DNA of 64,000 nucleotides from the NCBI GenBank assembly GCA_034780895.1, contig JAUZTB010000062.1, positions 25,919,715-25,983,714 on the forward strand. Direction: 5' to 3'. The notes beneath the pieces were generated by a model that did no database searches, was not told where the DNA came from, and saw nothing but the letters and a program-made list of their open reading frames with translations. Both the position numbers and the translations under genes were made by a program. This document shows positions 55,320 through 64,000 of the stretch, one piece after another. Positions within the stretch are counted from its first letter, which is position 1. Every line of letters starts with the position of its first letter. The DNA is from Rhynchobatus australiae. Its lineage: Eukaryota.

Positions 55320-55500
55320 AGACACTGCTGGAAATATCTCGAGTTTCCAGCAGCAACTGTGAAGAGAGAAACTGAGTTAATGTTTCGAATCAATAACCAG
55401 GAGGTTCAGATGGAAGGTCACGGACCTGAGACATTGACTCCCTCTACAGTTCCTGCTTAACCGGATGAAAGATTTCCAGCAGTTTGGGCTCTTTTGCTCT
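55320..55500. mobile_element. Inverted (head-to-head) pair of Penelope-type terminal repeats
   Basis: ctgctggaaat...gagttaatgtttcg on the left; gacctgagacattgactc...atttccagcag on the right. Confidence 0.5.
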
Positions 55501-55614
55501 CTTTTCTTCAAATTCATCCGACAGAAACAGATTTACTATTTGTACTTAACTGTAGTGAGTGATATCATCTTTCCTCGTTCCACAATTTTAATTTCCTGCT
55601 GTTTAAAACAAAAC

Positions 55615-56170
55615 GAAAAAGTTAAGTTTATATCGGCCGTTCACATCAGAAGGCCCTTTCCAACCAAGTTTTGAAATGCAATGATTGTCACATTTTAGGA
55701 AACACAGTCTATCTACACACAGCAAGGTCCCTCGATACATTAACAATAAAGATCAATATGGTCTTTAGTGCTGTTGGTTGACAGATAAAAGCGACCAGGA
55801 TACCGAGGATCATTACTCCGCTGCTTTACATTGAAATACTTTATGCGATCTCCCGCACTCATCTAGAGAACTGCCGGGCCCCAGGTTAACGTTACATAAG
55901 AAATAGGAACAGGAATGGGCCATCAGGCCCTTGTAGCCAGCTGGGCCATTCATCAAGATGATGGCTGATCTTCTACCCTAGCGCCAATTTGCAGCACCAT
56001 CGCCACATCCCTTGATGCCAAGAGATCTCTCCATTTTTTTTTGAATGGAGACAGCGGCTGAGCTTCCACGGCCGCCGGGGGTGAAGAATTTCAAAGATGG
56101 AACCACTGATAGTACAGCACTTCCTCGGGTACGTTGCACTGGTGTCAACCTGGACTAGTTACTCAAGTCT
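55615..56170 (-). mobile_element. Deu-domain SINE interrupted by a CR1 3' fragment (~55894-56100)
   Basis: SINE-like sequence runs to ccccaggttaacgtt, then acataagaaataggaacagg... (CR1 tail), then SINE resumes at gatagtacagcacttcctcgggtacgttgcactgg. Confidence 0.55.
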
Positions 56171-57892
56171 GACACGGATTTTCTTTTTAGCGTTTCGTAA
56201 ATAAAGCGACTCTCTGGAACTGTACAGCAGCAATACAATCGGCAGCACAGAATTGTTAAAGGACACTTTAGCTGAAAGATGAAGAGCCGAACTGAACCAT
56301 AATTTACAGACAGCTATAACCAGCTTCAAAAGACATTGACGACTGATTGGATTTCAAAATCATACCTCCCACTCTGAGAGCTGAAGACATTNNNNNNNNN
56401 NNNNNCCGTTTGGTAATATAACTACAACATGGAATTTTATTTTGCAGACCTTTTAGTCACCTGTCTTGTGACTAAAAGGTCTGCAACTTCTTGCACAAAC
56501 ATTGACAAAGAGCAAAAGATTGCAAAAGCCTTCTATAAGGTGGAAGTAATTTTCAATAAAAACAATTTCTTCGGTGGCATACTTCCCACTCACAGAAAAA
56601 AAACTATAGCCAAACTACTGAACGATCTACTGGTTGAAAGGTTATAGGCAGACATTATTCTATCTCTATTATCTCCGTTACCCATTTCCTCTTGCGAGAA
56701 AACAATCGCCCCAGAAAAGTTCTGGGGGGGGTGTAGGAGTTGGTTTACTTAACCAGGAATACCCAATGAAATATTTACATTTATTGTCCTGGCTAATTGG
56801 TAAACCTTGAGGTGATCCTTCTAAAACTTCAATGTTACTGTCGCAAACAACCAATTTTCCAACGTGCAGCGCACTTTCTCTAAGTTCACCTCATCTGGGT
56901 CGTTACCCACTTGAGAACAGCTCCATGAACGAGGTCATAGTGGAAATACTGAATTAGACAGAAAAGAACACATCTCTTAGAAGTACCATCAGTGTTNNNN
57001 NNNNNNNNNNNNNNNNNNNNNNNNNNNNNNNNNNNNNNNNNNNNNNNNNNNNNNNNNNNNNNNNNNNNNNNNNNNNNNNNNNNNNNNNNNNNNNNNATGA
57101 CTTAATTTGTAGTTGTTATTTTAAGAAGAACAGCTTTACCTAAATCTATTGGTTACAGGGAAGAGGAAGGGAATTTCTATTCACTCTGCCAATGGAGCAT
57201 CCACCACCCAGTGGGACTTCCTGTTGCTACAAAAAACATCATCTTGACTTACTTCATGACTAAAATGGTCAATGAACTTCTCAAAATGATGAGCAGAAAG
57301 ATATCTATTTGGCAATGTCACAACAGTAAATTTACACCTCATGGCAAGCAATACTAAAATGAGTGCCACTTAGGAAATATCAAGTACTGTATGTTGCCTG
57401 TCATATTATTGCCTGCAAGCCAAAAGTTATGAGTGCCCACCAGAGGCAGAACAAAGTTCAGTGAGCTGAAAAGCTAATGCCCGGCAACCAAGGATTTAAT
57501 ATACTTTTGTTGAAGAGAGAACATTCTCTTTAAACAAAATGCTCAACCTGAAAGAACATGAATGTCATTCCAAATTCTTATACAGAAGCACAGCGTATGA
57601 CTCAATAACTGGAGACAGTTCATTGTTTCTCACCCTCCAGCAAAGCTCTGCTTATCTGAAAAATATACAAGTTCTTTTGAATTGGTAGTAGTAAAGAACA
57701 TTTGTGAATGTGTGAACTTGAACTGAGGTTTATAAGGCTGACTAGTGGGTTCTAACATTCCAGTTTTCACTGTGAGATGGTGGGGAAGGAAATTGAGTGA
57801 GAATTGGACCAGGTGAGTATTGAGTTAGGTTGAATCCTGAGACTCCTGCACTTTTCCAAGACTGGTTGTTGTGCATCTCCAGTTTGCATTGT

Positions 57893-58060
57893 TTTAGAGT
57901 CATGGAGTCATACAGCAAGGAAACAGGCTATTTGGCCCAAATGGTCCCTGCTGACCAAGATGCCCATCTAAAGTAGTCCCATTTGCCCATGTTTGGCCCA
58001 TATTCTTCAGAACTTTTTCTATCCATGGACCTGTCCAACTGTCTTTTAAAAGTTGTTATT
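57893..58060 (-). mobile_element. CR1 LINE 3' end
   Basis: tagagtcatggagtcatacagcaaggaaacagg... is the reverse complement of the same tail family as 23270-23420. Confidence 0.8.
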
Positions 58061-60809
58061 ATTATGTCAGATGTGCCTTGAGCTGCCTTGACCAAAGCCC
58101 TGGAATTCCTCCCCTAACCCTCTCACCTTTCTATTTTCTTCGTTCCATTAGGAAGCATTTTAAATTTAGTGATTTATGCATTTGATCTTTTAGAAGGTCA
58201 CTTCTAGGAGTTGCCCAGGATGCATAGGGTAGGGATATCTATCATGCATACTGGGCCTATTAAATGTTACTTCCAATCAGGTTCAATAACAGAGCCTCAA
58301 CAATGGATGGTATTCACAAAGAGGAATCAGCAGAGAACATGTTCATACTCAGTACTGTCTGACAATCAGCCAAAGACCTAGACCATCTATTTACCATGGA
58401 AGACTTGATGGTTTAACATTGGTCAATTCAAACAAGAGAAGTTTGCAGGAGTAGATACTCACTGTGTTGCTGCTCGGGGCCCCTTGAAGGGCAAAGGCTT
58501 CTCAGTGTATTTGATGCATGGATAATAAATATTATCAGTACAAAAGAAGGTTAGAATCATTGATGTGCCAAAAACAGTAAAAGATCATTTACCTCTGAAA
58601 GGTGAAAGACTGTCCTCCCTTCCTCAATGTGTATAATCTGTATGAACACCTTATCATGCAATGAATCTTAATTATTGGTGACCTTTAACCCGCAGCGAGT
58701 TTTAATTTGGGATTAATTGCTCTTTAACAACTCCTCCAAGTATAACCTACAGCACATTAAATTAGCAGATAGGGAAGTTCTTCGATCAAAGGCTTCATGT
58801 GCACATTAGCGAGATTAAAATTTCTTTTAAAAGTCTGGGATATTAAGGAGGCAACTTCATTTATTTGCAGTGCGTCCGAACACCGATTTAGGATCGCAGA
58901 ATGTTATCTTTTCTTACGCTCACTATTAAATGACTAATTACGCATTTGCTCCAAGTGTTTACCAGATACACTTGGTATCTGCCGTTATTCGCATTCTCCA
59001 AAATTGCCCTTCTGAATTTGCAGAAGCCTCCCTCCCCAGAGGTATTTCATAACATCAGAACGTACACAAATGATGACGGGATCTGAGAGGTTCGATATGG
59101 GGAAGATGTTTCCACTTGTGGGAACACATAATAATGTCATCAATGAATGCGATAATGAATCAGTTCCTAAGTTATTTTTGTGAGTAGAACTGGCTACCAC
59201 ATGAAGGCCAAAGTCAGATACACATTTAAATTCAAGTCAGAGAGAGAAAACAAAGGATAATAGGTTGATAAAGTGCGGAAATGTGACAAGAAAGCTGCAG
59301 AGGAGAGGGGGATATGGCCTCTGTTGTAAATTCTACGTGCAGTTAGTTTATGCCTCGAATCCAGCGACAGAGCGTTGAAGATAAGTGAACGGATATTAAT
59401 TTGGTTAAAACGTTAAACGCAAGAAGAATCCCAAAGGATAAAATGAAGAGATTGGGAAAGAAATCCCAGAATTTAGGATCCAACCATGCTTGTACATAGC
59501 TGCCAAAAGTGGGCAAAGGATATCAGCGTGTTACCAAGCCAATGGTGGGGGAACTTCACATTCAGAGATTTATAGGCAGGGGGCCACGGCTGAACTACTG
59601 AAGGGCTATGAAGCTGGTTCAACCTGATTTTGAGATTTTTTAAAATAACAGTTTATTGTTAGTGGCAGACAGTACGGGGGTAGCGGGCACAGGGTGAGGG
59701 AGTCTGGCCCATTTATACCGTGGCAGCAGAGGGCTGGATCAGCTCAGTTTACGGAGCGTCGCAGGCTCAGCACTGGAATAGTCGCGCTCGGATAGGCGCT
59801 CGAAAAGTTTAAAGCAGGAGACTTTGGTCGAAACGCACCTCAGGCATTTATAAATCGGATGATGGATCTATGTGGGCTGCAGGTTTCTCCGTATTCCTGG
59901 ATTGTCCCTCACTGAGAAACCTTAGGGCAAACGCCGCCAAAAAAAATGTTCAGAAACGTAAGTTTACATTAGATAAAACAATCGGATCATTTCATCAAAC
60001 TTACTGATTAATCACATTTGATATTATAGCGTAAGACAAAAGAAAAATCCCACTAACCTCAAAAACAGCATAGTGCATCTAAAATTAGGATAAGATTTTC
60101 AACATGCAAATTCCTGAGCATTAAATGCCTTGATTGTCGCAATTGTATATTGTGGAGATTATCGAACGGGTGGGGGAATCAGTTTTCATTCGAGCTTTGC
60201 TTTACTCAAGCGCTATTTGTCTTTATCGAACAGTTCTTACTGAGGCCCCTAGGTGGAACACTGCCTGCTCACTACAGTATCTCCCGGACGGGAAGAGATT
60301 CCCGATCCATGGAAATGTTCGATCAATGTCTGTTGAATCATCACAATGATTTCACTTCAACCTTGTTTCACTCCCTTTTTACTAAACTTGTTGTACACGC
60401 GCACCAATACTCTCCCAACTCCCTAAAGCTATAGGTTTATTAAACAGAGTTTAGTAGCGTTAGTTTCAATTAATAGTATTAAAAAGTTACTTGATAGGCA
60501 ATAAATAGGAACAGTCAAACAAAAACATTTCAGATTTCCAGATCTGCATTTTTTTTCAATTGCTTTATTGACGGAAGTGACATGGCAGTCCAAATACCGA
60601 ATAACTGAAGAGATCAAGAAGTGTACTGTAAGGGCAGAATTATAGAATCAGAGATGGAAAAATCACTAATAAAGGAACGATGGGCCAATTTATTTTTCTT
60701 ATTCAACAAATTTCTTTCTATTTCTGATGTTTGATGTGATTTAGATCCATGGTGGATACAAAACAACCTCCTGGGCCATTATTTGTTTTTTTTTCTCTGG
60801 ATTTTGTAA

Positions 60810-61685
60810 AATTTGCACTTTGCACTCATTAACCAAGCCTTTGAGATGCCTCAAAGCAGTTCACAACAAAAAAGATTTGTGCGTGTAATCACCACTGCAA
60901 TACAGGATAGGTATAGCCAATTTGCACACTGCAATGTTCCAAAGGCAACAAAGAGATAATTACTTTTAGAGATGTTAATTGAGTGATAAAAGTAACACAC
61001 TCTGTCCTCAAGAACAGAGTAATCCCTGACACAATATAGGATTCACTTCTAATGTTCATAAATATAAAACATTTATTTTGCTTTTAATCACAAAGTCACA
61101 AATATAGTCTATTATCCATCCAGGAGCAGTGTGAACACGTTTACCACTTCAGTTGAAAAATACTTGACAATGCCCAGCATTCTAATAACAGTTTGGATTG
61201 CATATTCACATTGGAGCTTAACTGTTACCACAGAAAGCAAACAGGATGGATTCTCATGTTCTCTATTAATCAGTGCCCTGTGTTTTTTTTATGTCCACCT
61301 GAGGATGCAGTTGAATATCCCATNNNNNNNNNNNNNNNNNNNNNNNNNNNNNNNNNNNNNNNNNNNNNNNNNNNNNNNNNNNNNNNNNNNNNNNNNNNNN
61401 NNNNNNNNNNNNNNNNNNNNNNNNNNNNNNNNNNNNNNNNNNNNNNNNNNNNNNNNNNNNNNNNNNNNNNNNNNNNNNNNNNNNNNNNNNNNNNNNNNNN
61501 NNNNNNNNNNNNNNNNNNNNNNNNNNNNNNNNNNNNNNNNNNNNNNNNNNNNNNNNNNNNNNNNNNNNNNNNNNNNNATAGTGCAGAGCACCCTGAATAC
61601 TGCATTGAAGTGCTCGGTTCAAGGGTCTGGAGTGACGCTTGTAACCACAAACCTGTGGTTTAGAGGTGAGAGTGCCACAATTTAG
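60810..61685 (-). mobile_element. Deu-domain SINE split by an insertion and a gap
   Basis: 3' part at 60810-60990 (gccaatttgcacactgcaatgttcc...gatgttaattgagtgataaa), middle atgtccacctgag at ~61291, head at 61578-61685 (atagtgcagagcaccctgaatactgcattga...gaggtgagagtgc). Confidence 0.55.
60992..61235 (+). repeat. ~240-bp direct repeat, copy 1
   Basis: gtaacacactctgtcctcaagaacagagtaatccctgacacaatat...gtttggattgcatattcacattggag, repeated at 62802-63045. Confidence 0.92.
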
Positions 61686-62801
61686 TCAAAGTTGTGATAA
61701 ACAGCAAATAAAGATATGGGGAATATTAAGTATTTTGATGGAAATAATAAAACAAGCACAATCTGCAAAATCCACCAGGTGGGGACCAGCCCACTGAAAA
61801 TACTCTTTAAACATCTTTTCTGGTATCATCTTGGTTTCGCCATGAGATAATTAACAAATTAACAAAAACAAATTGATGAAAAAATGTTAAAACTGACATG
61901 GGTATTTGAGCACAGCTCCCACTGGAGGCTTGTGCTTCCTCGAGAAGGATGAAGCTGGAGTTCATGGGTTTCCTGGTCCTCCCACAACAACTAGAAGACA
62001 AATAGCCCTAACTACATCATGTAGAGTTTACTAAGAGTTGCCTCCTCCTCTGTAAACTATTGAGAACTAATCTGTCAAAACAACACTTTTGGAAAATAAT
62101 TCAATTTTCTTGTATATAAGCATTAAAAACCTTTCCTGAACTAAGACTGTTAAGATACATCTTCAGTGGGACATTTATTTAACAAATGCAGCAGATAACT
62201 TGTAACAAATGGAAAAATTGACTTTAAATTTTCATGTATATTAACATTACATATTCTAAATGGTTGGAAGAATTTTATGCACACTTTCCAGTGCTCCAAC
62301 TACCTGGAACAAAATAAATAAAATAAGCTTGAGAATTTTGGAAGGCACGCACTGCTTTTAAACAGTTTTCTAAACAAAAGTTTTAATATCACAGAGTAAT
62401 GAGCTCAAACATTAATAAGTGAAAGGACCAGGGGCAGGATTACAGGAGACCAATGTTGCTTAATAGTATTGATTAGCACTGGTGCAATGGGTTAAATTGC
62501 CTCCATCATATAATAATTTCTAATTCAGAATGCAATTATAGAGGATTCTGTAAAGTTAATATTCAAATTAATTTCTTCTATATTTTCTTTTACTTACCCA
62601 ATAAAATCATCTTCCTAAATTGAAGGACAACGAGAGTAAGACACCCGGTGGTACAACTGAGCTATTAGTCACTGTGGTATATTTGGTAAGCAAATATATT
62701 TATCCAGCTGCAGAGTGAAATAGTTCTGTTTTTCCTGGAACAAATCAAGAACACGTAACTTAAGGAGATCTCTTATAAATTTCTCTCCAAATCCTTTCAA
62801 G

Positions 62802-63045
62802 GTAACACACTCTGTCCTCAAGAACAGAGTAATCCCTGACACAATATGGGATTGACTCCGAATATACACAAATATAAAACATGTATTTTGCTTTTAATCA
62901 CAAAGTCACAAATACAGTCTAATATTCAGCCATGAGCAGTGTGAACACGTTTACCATTTTGCTTGAAAAACACTCGACAATGCCCAGCATTCTAATAAGA
63001 GTTTGGATTGCATATTCACATTGGAGTTTTACTGTCACCACAAAA
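62802..63045 (+). repeat. ~240-bp direct repeat, copy 2
   Basis: Collinear with 60992-61235, with scattered substitutions. Confidence 0.92.
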
Positions 63046-64000
63046 CTTAATACAATTCCTTTACCCTACTTTGCAAAAGAAAATCCAACATGTGACTCAT
63101 TTCACTTTGTTCCGTCTTACTTAACTACTTATAGACATTCATAAGATTTTATTTGTTGATTCCGATCTTTTAAACAATCAAAATGATAGTGAATAATTAC
63201 TGGAGGATTACTTTACATCTTGACCACATTTTTCATTTCTAAAGCAGCCTCTGGTACATAAATTTGAAAACACTTTGCATTTTATGACTGCAGTGCTGTT
63301 GCTAGAAATATGGTTATTCTATTTACAGATTGCCACCCTAAATTACAGAATTGGAGTGAAAGGTATTTATTGGGGTGAAAGGACGGTAGTTACAAGTCTA
63401 CCCCATGTGGTATGAATTTGAGACAATGAATTTGAAATATCATTGTACCAATATTTTGATATCAAGATATTAACACTAATATATAAACCTTGTGGCATTA
63501 TAGAGCGTGGTTTAAATGTTACTCCTTTTACATAGTTTCATAATGTAACTCCCAATATGAGATCTGAAAGATCTTGAACCATCAACTTTGAATGGACACA
63601 TTCAACAACATCAATTGCTGACTGATCTTTGTTAAGCCGAACTTAGTGCAAGAATAATGCAATTCAGGCCCAAAACCTTGAAACAGTTCTAAATCATTAA
63701 TTAAAAATAAATTCAATGTTACAAAATAAACTGTCTGAGTACTTCTAAACATGTGCCACCATTAACTACATATTTATAGTTGGGAGAGAAATGTAGAGTG
63801 TGTTTAGAAGTCCCCAAGTATCCACAGCAGATGCTTTCAAAGTGCAATTAAATGAATTGTCAAAATAACAGAGAATTTATTTTATTTTCCTNNNNNNNNN
63901 NNNNNNNNNNCACAATCACACAATGGTTGTGCAAATTGCTACCCAATGATCCTTCCTGAAATTCTGGCTGGCATTTAGAACTTTCCCTGATGTTCAAAAG

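Noticed and set aside
61772-61786. CTCF-like CCACCAGGTGGGG (also ccaccagaggcag at ~57437)
   Set aside because: Partial motif matches only; cannot be supported without scoring or ChIP data.

Overview
Vertebrate genomic DNA from a gapped draft assembly. The repeat content (HE1-like V-SINE, Deu-domain SINEs, CR1, Rex/Babar and Penelope-type ends) suggests an elasmobranch, probably a ray; that assignment is inference. The one well-supported gene is a two-exon heparan sulfate 3-O-sulfotransferase 3B1-like gene (HS3ST3B1) on the minus strand: coding exon 1 at 49330-48792, a 22-kb GT-AG intron, and exon 2 starting at 26753. The main anomaly is that exon 2 appears as two overlapping, non-identical copies (15 of 119 aa differ) on either side of a 100-N gap. 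This is either a tandem duplication of the catalytic exon or a chimeric join of 3A1/3B1 paralogs. The downstream copy changes residues that are normally conserved. Other points: a chain of four abutting uORFs ahead of the start codon, a broad CpG-retaining domain around the promoter, decayed Penelope-type hammerhead ribozyme motifs, and a ~240-bp local duplication nested in an old SINE. The rest is AT-rich non-coding DNA with decayed retroelements. Repeat family names come from motif recognition without a database search, and their boundaries are approximate.
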